A stretch of DNA of 64,000 nt, from the NCBI GenBank assembly GCA_045642205.1, contig JAZUIK010000181.1, positions 5,306-69,305 on the forward strand, written 5' to 3'. The DNA comes from Bianqueaceae bacterium (GTDB taxonomy: Bacteria > Bacillota > Clostridia > Lachnospirales > Bianqueaceae). Both the position numbers and the translations under genes were made by a program. The notes under the pieces were generated by a model, which was not told the origin of the DNA, ran no database searches, and saw only the letters and a list, made by a program, of their open reading frames with translations. Shown piece by piece: positions 37,767 to 47,301 of this stretch; positions within the stretch are counted from its first letter, which is position 1; every line of letters starts with the position of its first letter.

Positions 37767-40373
37767 TTATTTCTGGGCGTTTTTCTTCTTAGCTCTCTGA
37801 GCCTCGATAGCAGCCTTAGTCGCTTCTTCGCGCTGTTTTCTCAAAGCTTCGCGGCGGGCCTGTTTCTCGGCTTCTTCCTGAGCTCTTCTTTCGTCTTCTT
37901 CTTTCTGCTTGGCAAGAAGGGCTTCCTGAGCAGCCTTATTCTTCTTATACAGTGCGGTGAACAGGAAGGACAGACCGATCATCAGGTAAAGGAAGGGGAA
38001 AACAAAGCACAGAAGCAGTGTCATACGGGAAGCGGTGGACTCATTGGCCATATGCAATGTTCCCATATTGTAGAGCTTGGAGGCAAGAGTCTCATGGACG
38101 GTACGACCGCCATTCAGGAAACTCATGATGCCGGAGAGGAAATTGACATTTCCGTTGCCGCTCAGATCACTGACTTCCTCTACGAGGAAACTGGCGGATG
38201 CGACCCAGACAATACGGGTATCTCCATCCTGCAGGGCAGCTGCCAGTGCGAGAGGGCCATCCAGATCGCCCTCTTCTTTGTTCAAAGTGGTGGAGAGTGT
38301 TCCGGCAACCTTGGAATAACTCTCAGTGGAAGTCAAAAGCAGCGGTGCATTGGTTACGCCCTCCACGCCGGCCAGCAAGAGACCCTGAGAGTAAGAAAGT
38401 ACGGGAGCAGTTCGAGAAGAGACCAGCTTCTGGGTAACTTCATGCTCCATGACATTGGGCTGGATCAGATAAGGTGCAGATGAATCGGCAGCGGTCTTGG
38501 AACTTTCCAGAACGATTCCGGGAAGGAGCACGGCACCATAGCGGACCATCAAGGATTCCAGGTTGGTCAGACGAGGGGTGACAAAGGTTCCGTCAGCTTC
38601 CTGCTCTGTGGACTGGATACGAGTGGTCATCATCATGGCTCCACCGGCATTCAGATAAGAGAAGATGGCGTCTGCTTCACTGTCAGAAAGATCAGAAGCA
38701 GGTGCATTCAGGATCAGGATACCACAATCATCAGGGATGGTCTCAAAGGAATCCAGTTCGATAATAGAGATATCTTCTCTCTGCAGGTAAGCGAGGAAAT
38801 AGGGGGTCAGAGTTGCCTCTCCGTGGCCGGTGAGGAAGTACGCCTTGATAGCCTCATTTCCGTTGAAGTATTCCAATGCATGGTCGAATTCATCATCCAG
38901 CTTCATGACCAGGTCAGAGACTTTCATGCCGGAAACCTCTTTGGTCTCGTAGGCAAAAATGTTTTCATAGGGAATGAAACGGGTCAACTCGCCGGATTTG
39001 ATCAACAGAGAATTGTTGTAGATCGCATCAACGACATACGTGGTCAGGAAGGAAACCTGATCCTTGACAGCGGGATTGGAACGGACCAGATGGATGCGAG
39101 GACTCATGGCCTCGTAGAAGGTCAGCACAGAACGGGTAGAAGTTTCTTCTTTTCCGTTCTGAACGATCCAGAAGATATCGATATCTTCGCTGATTGCTGC
39201 AACGTCTTCCTTGAGTTCCTTGGAAGGGGTGAAAAGGCCGGTGCCGGATACATCCGCAAGAAGCGCGGTGCCGGTAACCGTATGAAGGAGAATGTTGATC
39301 ACAAGAGCACATCCCAATACGATAGCGGGAAGTACAACGGGATAGTTGCCAAAGACGGGCTGCTTTTCTTTGCGCTGAAGTGCGGCTTCTTCCTCTTCTT
39401 CGGTCAGTTTAGCGGGTGCTTCATAGTCGATACCGACCAGAGCAAGAACAAAAAGGATAGCAGCAACGGAGATAAAGTAGATCAGTGCACGCAGGTCCAT
39501 CAAGCCGCCAAGGAAAGTATAAAAACGTTCGTAGATGGAGATCTTTGCAGCGAGGCGGCTGGCAAGATGGGCAAAGGACTCGCGGTTGAAAACGAAGAAG
39601 ATAACCTGTACGATCTCCAGGATCGCAGCGACCAAAAGTGCCAAGGTGGAATTTTTGGTTACCAGGTACAGGAATCCAAAGCAGATGGCGATCAGGGCGG
39701 TCAGAAGGAGCATAGCGCTGTAGGGCGTACCACAGAAGGAGACCATTGCCATAAGGTTATATCCAAGCACTAAGATCGCAGCGGTAATGATCAAAGTGAA
39801 TAACTGATTCTTCTGTGTGGCAGCAGCACAAAGAGCCAGTGCCATGAAAGCACATCCCATAAGGAAGAATGCCAGAAGCTCAGAGAAGACGGCACCAAAG
39901 TTGATCAAACCGTACGCAGTCAGGATGACAGGGTACAGTAAAGAGATCAGAAGAGGAATAAGCAGAGTCAGAAGAGACACAATATAAACAGCAGCGACGC
40001 GGCCTGAAGAAGTAATGCCTTGTTCTTTATACCATGCAGCGTCTTTCTGATCTTTGATAGAAGGTGCCCAAAGGGTTCCCTTGAGAAGAGAGGAAAAAGG
40101 ACTGCGGGAGTTGCTGATGCCTTCTTCTTCGGAATTGCTCTCGGAAAGAGGCTCAGCGTGCAGTCGGTTGTTCATCCAAAGAGCAGTCAGAGGAACAAGG
40201 ACCAGCAGCGTCCAGGAAGAATAATGGATCGCATATTCAAAGTTGGAAAGAGTACCGCTGACACAGTAGGTCAGGGTATTGATACCGATCACGACCAATA
40301 ATGCGGCTCCAAAGAGATAGGGAGCAATGCTGGAAAAGGCACTGCGAAGTTCTTTTTTAAGTGCGGTTAACAT
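37767..40373 (-). CDS. fused ABC-2-type permease-like / GldG-like (ABC_transp_aux) membrane protein
   Basis: The N-terminal roughly 330 aa is polytopic (GldF/ABC-2-like start KKELRSAFSSIAPYLF). A large extracytoplasmic GldG-like domain follows, then a terminal TM helix and a Lys/Glu/Ala-rich tail. Confidence 0.65.
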   Translation of the reverse strand: MLTALKKELRSAFSSIAPYLFGAALLVVIGINTLTYCVSGTLSNFEYAIHYSSWTLLVLVPLTALWMNNRLHAEPLSESNSEEEGISNSRSPFSSLLKGTLWAPSIKDQKDAAWYKEQGITSSGRVAAVYIVSLLTLLIPLLISLLYPVILTAYGLINFGAVFSELLAFFLMGCAFMALALCAAATQKNQLFTLIITAAILVLGYNLMAMVSFCGTPYSAMLLLTALIAICFGFLYLVTKNSTLALLVAAILEIVQVIFFVFNRESFAHLASRLAAKISIYERFYTFLGGLMDLRALIYFISVAAILFVLALVGIDYEAPAKLTEEEEEAALQRKEKQPVFGNYPVVLPAIVLGCALVINILLHTVTGTALLADVSGTGLFTPSKELKEDVAAISEDIDIFWIVQNGKEETSTRSVLTFYEAMSPRIHLVRSNPAVKDQVSFLTTYVVDAIYNNSLLIKSGELTRFIPYENIFAYETKEVSGMKVSDLVMKLDDEFDHALEYFNGNEAIKAYFLTGHGEATLTPYFLAYLQREDISIIELDSFETIPDDCGILILNAPASDLSDSEADAIFSYLNAGGAMMMTTRIQSTEQEADGTFVTPRLTNLESLMVRYGAVLLPGIVLESSKTAADSSAPYLIQPNVMEHEVTQKLVSSRTAPVLSYSQGLLLAGVEGVTNAPLLLTSTESYSKVAGTLSTTLNKEEGDLDGPLALAAALQDGDTRIVWVASASFLVEEVSDLSGNGNVNFLSGIMSFLNGGRTVHETLASKLYNMGTLHMANESTASRMTLLLCFVFPFLYLMIGLSFLFTALYKKNKAAQEALLAKQKEEDERRAQEEAEKQARREALRKQREEATKAAIEAQRAKKKNAQK

Positions 40374-40398
40374 AAAGTGTTAGATTCCTTTCTGATCA

Positions 40399-40977
40399 TC
40401 AGGCAAGAAATGTATCGATCTCACGCTTCAGGCGGGAAACGGGAAGTCCCATAACGGTGTAATAATCTCCCTCGATCCCCTTGATCAGGAGAGATCCCTT
40501 TCCCTGGATGCCGTAAGCGCCAGCCTTGTCCATGGGCTCATTGGTTGCAATATAGGCTTCGATATCTTTGTCATTTAAGGGATAGAAATCGACAGCGGTC
40601 TTGACACGGAAGGAGTGGATCTTGTCGCCCATAGCCAGACAGCAGCCGGTGACAACGAAGTGTCTCTTGCCACTGAGTAAGCGAAGCATGTAGGCGGCAT
40701 CGTCCTTGGAAGAAGGTTTGCCAAGGGTGATCCAGTTCCCGTTATCCTCTTCGGCAATGACAACGGTATCGGAACCGATGATCAGCGCTTTCGGATGTCT
40801 GGAGGCGATGTCAGCGGCCTTTGCCCTGGCAAGAAGTTCGGGCTCTTCCTCGGCGAGGATGTCAGAAGGAAGAACCAGTTCATCTTCGACGGAAGAAGGT
40901 TCGGTGGAAAATTCGGGGAAGATAAAAGAAAGTAACTCTTTTCTTCTGGGAGAAGCGGACGCAAGGATAATATCCAT
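40399..40977 (-). CDS. maf: Maf-like nucleoside triphosphate pyrophosphatase
   Basis: ILASASPRRKELL, GSDTVV and KAGAYGIQG motifs. Confidence 0.9.
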   Translation of the reverse strand: MDIILASASPRRKELLSFIFPEFSTEPSSVEDELVLPSDILAEEEPELLARAKAADIASRHPKALIIGSDTVVIAEEDNGNWITLGKPSSKDDAAYMLRLLSGKRHFVVTGCCLAMGDKIHSFRVKTAVDFYPLNDKDIEAYIATNEPMDKAGAYGIQGKGSLLIKGIEGDYYTVMGLPVSRLKREIDTFLA

Positions 40978-41267
40978 AGGACACCTCTTATCTATATATA
41001 ATGTAGTTTTTTATATAACAGGCTAATGTTACCACAAGCAGAAATACCTAGCAAGAAGGCTTTTGGAAGTTCACAAATCCTTCACGGAAGAATACTAGAT
41101 ATATGGTGCAAGGAATAAGGTAAAAACACAATATATTGTGCGTGGTGGTCGCGTAAAGACCGTCACAAATAAATGGAAATATGGGTGTTTGTAACAATTT
41201 GTAACAACTTTACCGGATGCGGGTGTGAGGGGGGGAGTCCGCTAAAATAAAGGGTTATGCACAGATG

Positions 41268-41296
41268 TTGACAACTTTGTGGATTGTGTGTATAAT
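41268..41296 (+). promoter_or_regulatory. consensus sigma-A promoter TTGACA-17-TATAAT
   Basis: TTGACA at 41268-41273, a 17-nt spacer, then TATAAT at 41291-41296. This implies a 5' UTR of about 150 nt for the 41452 gene. Confidence 0.6.
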
Positions 41297-41451
41297 AACA
41301 AAAGTGTTACAAATATTACAAACACGAAGTCACAAAGAAGACAAAGAATTAACGGAATCTTGTGGTTTTGTGGTGTCTGCAAACACTATATATAGTGGTA
41401 AATGCGAAGGCAACTCAAGATCACCGATAAACCGCGACAAAGGAAGAGATT

Positions 41452-42402
41452 ATGATCACCAGAAGAAGACGCAGACGTTATATGTTCCTGACGATGGTTC
41501 TGGCTTTCCTGACGGGTGCGGGTTCCTTCTTTATTACATTGGAGCCTGCTGCGTCGGAAGATTCACAGCTCATTGATCTTTGGAACGATAGCTTTTTTTA
41601 CGATGAATCTCAGGAAGTGATGGAAGTCCGAGTACTGAGTGCAGAACCGAGTATGGTTTTCTCCACCTGCGACGGAGAGATGCGTATAGCGGAGTTCTGT
41701 GTGGAAGAGGTTGCTGCTGCGGAAGTAGTTGCGGCCATTGAGAACCTGGATCAGGAGATCAGTAAGATCGGCGGATCCAAAGCCGAGGGTAAAACTGTCG
41801 AGAAGGCGGAAGAAGAGGAAGAGTTACTTGAAGAAGAGACCTATGACGAAGAGCAGGTCTACTACGAAGAACCTTCATATGTCGAGCCTTCATATGACGA
41901 ACCAAAGTGGGAAGAAGAAAGTTCTGAGGTGAAGGAAGAGGTTCCTTCCCAAAGTACTGTACAGGAAGAAGTAACTCAGCCTGTCGAAACACAGGAAGAG
42001 GAGAAGGCTAAGGAGCCTGCAGAAGAGCCTGCAGCACCTGCGCCGCAGACCCCTGCCGTACAATATTCCGATCTGGACTATCTGGCAGCTATCTGTCAGA
42101 TTGAAGCCGGATACAATTACGAGGGCTGTCTGGCTGTTGCCAATGCGGTACTCAACCGACTGAAAGCCGGATATGCAGATTCTATTTACGGCGTTATCTA
42201 TGCACCTTATCAGTTTGCGACCGATGCAATGGATTATTATCTGCAAAACGGAACCGGTGAAGATGCAAGAAGAGCTGCTGAGGATGCGATGAACGGTATC
42301 AACAACCTTGGTGATTTCCGTAACTTTAACGGAACCTACTGGTTGGATCCTGCGACTTTAGATGTTCCTTATGTCGTCATCGGCGGTAATTGTTTTTATT
42401 AA
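41452..42402 (+). CDS. membrane-anchored cell wall hydrolase, SleB-type (Hydrolase_2) domain
   Basis: TM anchor and acidic linker, then a C-terminal AICQIEAGYNYEGCLAVANAVLNRL...YAPYQFA motif. Confidence 0.8.
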   Translation: MITRRRRRRYMFLTMVLAFLTGAGSFFITLEPAASEDSQLIDLWNDSFFYDESQEVMEVRVLSAEPSMVFSTCDGEMRIAEFCVEEVAAAEVVAAIENLDQEISKIGGSKAEGKTVEKAEEEEELLEEETYDEEQVYYEEPSYVEPSYDEPKWEEESSEVKEEVPSQSTVQEEVTQPVETQEEEKAKEPAEEPAAPAPQTPAVQYSDLDYLAAICQIEAGYNYEGCLAVANAVLNRLKAGYADSIYGVIYAPYQFATDAMDYYLQNGTGEDARRAAEDAMNGINNLGDFRNFNGTYWLDPATLDVPYVVIGGNCFY

Positions 42403-42509
42403 GTTTCTCCGCACATGTGCTGTCACACTCACCAATTGACCGATAGTACATGTTTTGCCCCTGGGCCTTTCCAGCGTCTACCGGAAAGGAACGGGGGCTT
42501 TTCTTTTCA

Positions 42510-42538
42510 TTGCGATAAGGCTAAGGCTGCGATATAAT
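42510..42538 (+). promoter_or_regulatory. promoter TTGCGA-17-TATAAT upstream of pcp
   Basis: Hexamers at 42510-42515 and 42533-42538. A GC-rich hairpin plus T-run (about 42464-42510) precedes it. Confidence 0.5.
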
Positions 42539-42628
42539 TAGTAAGATTTACATTTCCTGAAAGGGATACAGTGAACAGAAGGTTGGCTGTCCCTGACTGG
42601 GTCCATTGAGTTTAAGGAGAAGTAGTCG

Positions 42629-43240
42629 ATGAAGGTACTCATGACCGGCTTTCAGCCCTTTGGTGGTGAAAGCATGAATCCTGCCTATGAGGCAGTGAAA
42701 AAGCTTCCCGATCAGATCGGTAGCTTTGAGATCGTAAAACGAGAGATCCCCGTTGTGTTCGGGGAGGGAGCCGACTGCGTGCTCGCAGCGGTGAAAGAAG
42801 AAAAACCTGACTGGGTCATCTGCGTCGGACAGGCCGGAGGACGTAAGGGAATCACTCCGGAGAGAGTCGCCATCAATCTGCAGGACGGACGGATTCCGGA
42901 TAATGCAGGAAACCAGCCCGTGGATGAGCCTATCCGTGAAGGCGGAGATACGGCATATTTTACACTGCTTCCCGTAAAGAAAATGGTAGAGGCAATGAAG
43001 AATGCAGGACTCGAGGCCTCTGTTTCCTATTCCGCAGGAACTTATGTGTGCAACGATGTCTTCTATCGTTTGCTGGATGAGATCCATATGGCAATGCCTG
43101 GAGTGAAGGGTGGATTTATCCATGTACCCTTCTGCAATGAACAGGTAGAGAATAAACCCGGTGTGCCGGCTATGTCTCTGGAAGATATTGCTCGAGGCCT
43201 GGAGATCTGTGTTACCGTATTGGAACAGGAAGGAAATTAA
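42629..43240 (+). CDS. pcp: pyroglutamyl-peptidase I
   Basis: MKVLMTGFQPFGGESMNP, catalytic GTYVCN and HVP motifs. Confidence 0.92.
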   Translation: MKVLMTGFQPFGGESMNPAYEAVKKLPDQIGSFEIVKREIPVVFGEGADCVLAAVKEEKPDWVICVGQAGGRKGITPERVAINLQDGRIPDNAGNQPVDEPIREGGDTAYFTLLPVKKMVEAMKNAGLEASVSYSAGTYVCNDVFYRLLDEIHMAMPGVKGGFIHVPFCNEQVENKPGVPAMSLEDIARGLEICVTVLEQEGN

Positions 43241-43241
43241 G

Positions 43242-44942
43242 ATGAAACTGACAGAAAAAGTAACATATGTCTATGACCATCTGATGGCATACGATGAGAT
43301 CAGAGAGCGACTGGAAGGTTATGCTCAGAACTATCCCCAGTTTTGTAAATTGAATACGCTGGCTGTTACCCCTGAGGGACGTAAGGTCATGCTGTTGGAA
43401 GTTACGGATCTCTCAAAGGGCGGATTTGAAGATAAGCCCGCTTTTTATACCGAAGGCAATATCCATGCAGGAGAGATTACCGGTTGTATGACGGTCATGT
43501 ATCTGCTGGATGTGATCTTTTCCAATCTGGAAGATGAGAAGATCAAGGATCTTCTGGCCAACTACACGATCTATGCACTTCCCAGAGTATCTCCCGATGG
43601 ATCTGAGTACTACCTGACTCATCCGGAAATGGTCCGCAGTGTGGACCGCATCTATCCTTACAGCGACGAGATGCCCGGTCTGGAGCCTGCCGATCTGGAC
43701 GGAGATGGCGTTATCCGTAAGATGCGTGTGAAGAGTCCTTTTGGTATCTGGAAGGAATCTCCTGAGGATCCTCGTGTTATGACCAAGCGTCTGCCGGATG
43801 AGACAGAGGGAACCTTCTACAATGTCTATTCCGAAGGAATCATCCGCGACTATGATGGTATCAATATTGTTGGAGCACCTCAGAAGCTGGGTAATGACTT
43901 TAACAGAAACTATCCTATCGGCTGGAAACCGGAGCATGAGCAGCATGGTGCAGGCAGCTATCCTCTGAGTAATGTGGAGACTAAGGCCAATGCTGATTTC
44001 CTTCTGTCCCGTTCCAACATCTGTGCAGTCATCGATATGCATACCATGGGTGGCCAGATCCTCTATACTCCCGGATTCAAGCCCGCCAAGGAAGCAGATC
44101 GTTTCGATATGGCACTGTATAAGAAGCTGGGTCAGATGGGACATGAGGAGAACGGATACCCTGTTATCAATGTTTTTGACGAATATATGCCCGCCGGTGC
44201 ACAGGCAACCTATGGCGGATTTGATGATTTCACTCACTTTGTCGTAGGTGTTCCTGCCTTCACGATCGAGTGCTGGGATCTGGATCCCAGAGCCGGTGTT
44301 CCCGTTCAGTTCCCGCCCAAGGCTGAGACCACGGATGAGGAACAGGAGCAGCATGCTCTGAAATATGTCAAGTGGATCGATGAGCATAACGATGGAGAGG
44401 GAATCAAGAACTGGACAAAGTTTGAACATCCTCAGCTTGGCGAAGTGGAGATCGGTGGTATCGACTACAAGCATGTTGTACAGAATCCGCCTCCGAAGTA
44501 TATTCCCCAGGAACTGGAGAAGCATACCCGGTTTATGCTGCGTCTGATCAAGACATTCCCCAAAGTATCCTTTGATAAGGTACAGGTAAGCAACCTGGCA
44601 GGCGATGTCTATAAGATCGATGCGTATGTCATGAATACCGGATACATGCCCACCTATGTTTTCAAAGAAGGATTAAAGCTGAAGACTATGACACCTTTGA
44701 AGGTAGAACTGAAAGGTGAAATGGAACTGATCGAGGGTAAGGATAAGACTGAGATCGGACAGCTGGAGGGCTTCAGCGGTATCGGTGGTTATAATGGCGG
44801 ACTGGGTGCCAGCTCATTCCAGAGAGCACCTCTGGAGAAAAAGGTGACCTGGATCGTTCGCTGCGAAAAGGGAACTCAGTTGGAGATTTCCGTGAGCGGT
44901 GCTAGAATCGGTCGAGTCAAGACCTGTGTCACAGTGGAGTGA
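43242..44942 (+). CDS. M14 family zinc carboxypeptidase-like protein
   Basis: GNIHAGEITG (HxxE zinc motif) and a downstream DMHTMGG. ATG 43242 lies 1 nt after the pcp stop. Confidence 0.8.
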   Translation: MKLTEKVTYVYDHLMAYDEIRERLEGYAQNYPQFCKLNTLAVTPEGRKVMLLEVTDLSKGGFEDKPAFYTEGNIHAGEITGCMTVMYLLDVIFSNLEDEKIKDLLANYTIYALPRVSPDGSEYYLTHPEMVRSVDRIYPYSDEMPGLEPADLDGDGVIRKMRVKSPFGIWKESPEDPRVMTKRLPDETEGTFYNVYSEGIIRDYDGINIVGAPQKLGNDFNRNYPIGWKPEHEQHGAGSYPLSNVETKANADFLLSRSNICAVIDMHTMGGQILYTPGFKPAKEADRFDMALYKKLGQMGHEENGYPVINVFDEYMPAGAQATYGGFDDFTHFVVGVPAFTIECWDLDPRAGVPVQFPPKAETTDEEQEQHALKYVKWIDEHNDGEGIKNWTKFEHPQLGEVEIGGIDYKHVVQNPPPKYIPQELEKHTRFMLRLIKTFPKVSFDKVQVSNLAGDVYKIDAYVMNTGYMPTYVFKEGLKLKTMTPLKVELKGEMELIEGKDKTEIGQLEGFSGIGGYNGGLGASSFQRAPLEKKVTWIVRCEKGTQLEISVSGARIGRVKTCVTVE

Positions 44943-44952
44943 TCCGAGATAA

Positions 44953-45690
44953 ATGAATAAACAACAAAGAACGGGAGAGTTTGTCCAGGGCGTTAAAGAT
45001 GGTCTGCCCATTGGTCTTGGCTACTTTCCCGTAGCTTTTACTCTGGGGATCATGGCCATCAGTCAGGGAATGAACTGGTGGGAAGCCACGATGATCTCCT
45101 TGTTTAACCTGACCTCAGCAGGTGAATTTGCGGGATTGACGATCATCGCTGCCGGGGGCAGTCTGATCGAGATGGCGATCAACCAGTTTGTTATCAATCT
45201 CCGCTATGCTCTCATGTCGATTACTTTGTCTCAAAGAGTGGATGAGAGCGTCAGAGGCGGTTGGAGACTGCTGGCTGCCTATACGAATACCGATGAGATC
45301 TTTGCGCTTGGAACGGCAAGAACAACACCCGTAACAAGATGGTACTGGGAAGGCTTGAGTACTTTGCCGGTCATCGGATGGACTTTGGGAACGACTTTTG
45401 GAGCGATCCTTGGCTCGGTGCTTCCCCAAAGACTCTTGGATGCGCTGGGTATTGCGATCTATGCCATGTTTATGGCGATCATTCTTCCGCAGGCAAGAAA
45501 AAGCAAAGCAGCACTGTTTACTGTGGCACTGGGTGCACTGCTCAGCTGCTGTTTCTATTATCTCCCGTTTCTTTCCAAGGTACCTACGGGATTCAGTGTC
45601 ATCATCTGTGCTGTCATAGCTGCTACAGTGGCAGCGATCCTGTTTCCTGTGAAAGATGTTTCCACTGAGGAAGAGGGAGGTGCCGCATGA
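44953..45690 (+). CDS. azlC: AzlC family branched-chain amino acid transport protein
   Basis: AzlC-like polytopic sequence (GLGYFPVAFTLG, NLRYALMS), followed by an overlapping azlD. Confidence 0.85.
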   Translation: MNKQQRTGEFVQGVKDGLPIGLGYFPVAFTLGIMAISQGMNWWEATMISLFNLTSAGEFAGLTIIAAGGSLIEMAINQFVINLRYALMSITLSQRVDESVRGGWRLLAAYTNTDEIFALGTARTTPVTRWYWEGLSTLPVIGWTLGTTFGAILGSVLPQRLLDALGIAIYAMFMAIILPQARKSKAALFTVALGALLSCCFYYLPFLSKVPTGFSVIICAVIAATVAAILFPVKDVSTEEEGGAA

Positions 45691-45995
45691 CAAAACCTGG
45701 GTTTTTCCTCTACCTGCTGGTAATGGCAGGTGTGACGTATCTGGTCAGAGCGATTCCTCTGGTATTGATCAAGAAAAAGATCACGAATGTATTTCTCAGA
45801 TCTTTCCTTGCCTACATTCCCTGCGCAGTCTTGTCTGCCATGACTTTTCCGGGAATTCTGTACTGCACAGGTTCTATCTGGACAGCCCTGGCGGGTACGA
45901 TCGGAGCCATGGTGCTTTCCTACATGGGGGCCAGTCTATCCGTTGTGGCACTGGTCAGTTGTGTGCTAGTCTTTGTTACGGGATTCATTATCTGA
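45687..45995 (+). CDS. azlD: AzlD family protein
   Basis: 102-aa 4-TM protein (TYLVRAIPLVL) with an ATGA overlap with azlC. Confidence 0.8.
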   Translation: MTKPGFFLYLLVMAGVTYLVRAIPLVLIKKKITNVFLRSFLAYIPCAVLSAMTFPGILYCTGSIWTALAGTIGAMVLSYMGASLSVVALVSCVLVFVTGFII

Positions 45996-46024
45996 CGATA
46001 TGAAAATAAAGGAGGAAGAGGAAC

Positions 46025-46648
46025 ATGAGAAAAATTAAACAAGAGTTCCTTTCGACTCCTTATCTGGAAGGAATCTCTGAGGTACGGATCCTTCGATCTT
46101 CCAGAAGAACGATCTCCGTCGAGATCAACCGAAAAGGTGAAGTCGTGGTAAGAACACCGGGCTTTCTCCCTGCTGAAGAGATCGGGCGGTTTTTATTCAG
46201 CCGAAAAGGGTGGATCGAATCCCATATGGCACGCTACCGACAACGTATAGCAGCGGAGCGAGACTTGGGAGAAGATAAGCAAGAGACAGTAGAGTGGTCA
46301 GAAAAGGAACTTGTAGCGATACGCAAACAGGCTGCACCGGATCTGAAAGCCAGGGTGGATTACTGGGCAAAGATCCTGGGAGTTACCTATGGCACTGTAT
46401 CGGTCCGTACCCAAAGGACCAGATGGGGAAGCTGTTCATCAAAGGGAAGTATTTCTTTGAACGCTTTACTGATCCTGCTGGATGAAGAATTACGGGATTA
46501 CACGGTCGTACATGAACTGTGCCATAGGAAATATATGGACCATTCTGCTATGTTCTGGGCAGAGGTGGAAAAGGTGCTTCCTGAATACAGGAAGCTGAGA
46601 AAACGATTAAAGGAAGAAGGTGCGGCTTTGATCGCACGACTTCCGTAA
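46025..46648 (+). CDS. YgjP-like (DUF45/M48-related) metallohydrolase
   Basis: RWGSCSSKGSISLN ... VVHELCHRKYMDHS (HExxH-type motif). Confidence 0.8.
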   Translation: MRKIKQEFLSTPYLEGISEVRILRSSRRTISVEINRKGEVVVRTPGFLPAEEIGRFLFSRKGWIESHMARYRQRIAAERDLGEDKQETVEWSEKELVAIRKQAAPDLKARVDYWAKILGVTYGTVSVRTQRTRWGSCSSKGSISLNALLILLDEELRDYTVVHELCHRKYMDHSAMFWAEVEKVLPEYRKLRKRLKEEGAALIARLP

Positions 46649-46669
46649 ATATGATCAGGAGGTAAGACA

Positions 46670-47176
46670 ATGGCTGACGCGATGATACAGTGGTTTCAGC
46701 AGACTTTAGGAGGGGTGATCCCGGCTGAAGTGATCACATTTCTTATTTCGATGGTACCGATCCTTGAATTAAGAGGTGGAATGGTAGCCGCAAGATTGTT
46801 TGGTATTCCATATCTGAAAGCAGCATTGATCTGTGTATGTGGTAACCTGATCCCGATCCCCTTTGTGCTGTGGCTGATCACACCTATCTTTACCTGGTTA
46901 AAGAAAACGAAACTATTCCGCCCTCTGGTAGAAAAGATCGAGAACGGAGCCATGGGAAAATCGGATCGTATACAGAATGCAGAGTTTATCGGTCTACTCC
47001 TGTTTGTCGGTATCCCGCTTCCGGGAACCGGCGCATGGACAGGCAGTCTGATCGCATCCATGTTAGGGGTTAAGTTTAAGAAAGCGATCGTTGCAGAGAT
47101 CCTGGGATTGTTCCTGGCACTGGCGATCATGAGTGTGATCACTTATGTGATCCCTTATCTGGTATCTATTGCATAA
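46670..47176 (+). CDS. small multidrug-export-like membrane protein (COG2426 family)
   Basis: MVPILELRGG ... CGNLIPIPF pattern in a 168-aa polytopic protein. Confidence 0.65.
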   Translation: MADAMIQWFQQTLGGVIPAEVITFLISMVPILELRGGMVAARLFGIPYLKAALICVCGNLIPIPFVLWLITPIFTWLKKTKLFRPLVEKIENGAMGKSDRIQNAEFIGLLLFVGIPLPGTGAWTGSLIASMLGVKFKKAIVAEILGLFLALAIMSVITYVIPYLVSIA

Positions 47177-47227
47177 CATATGTAAGAAGACCTGCTGATC
47201 AGGCACATGGATAACAATACATAGAAA

Positions 47228-47273
47228 AAGACCCGTTGAGCATCAATGATATTGAGCTCAACGGGTCTTCTTT
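47228..47273. terminator. bidirectional terminator
   Basis: AAGACCCGTTGAGC / GCTCAACGGGTCTT 14-bp stem with flanking A and T runs. Confidence 0.65.
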
Positions 47274-47301
47274 TACTGTTTAGCAGTAGCTAGATCTTGG
47301 A

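Noticed and set aside
41265-41576. 103-aa ORF starting inside the consensus promoter upstream of the SleB-type gene.
   Set aside because: It begins within the -35 region, has no RBS and overlaps the true start at 41452 out of frame.
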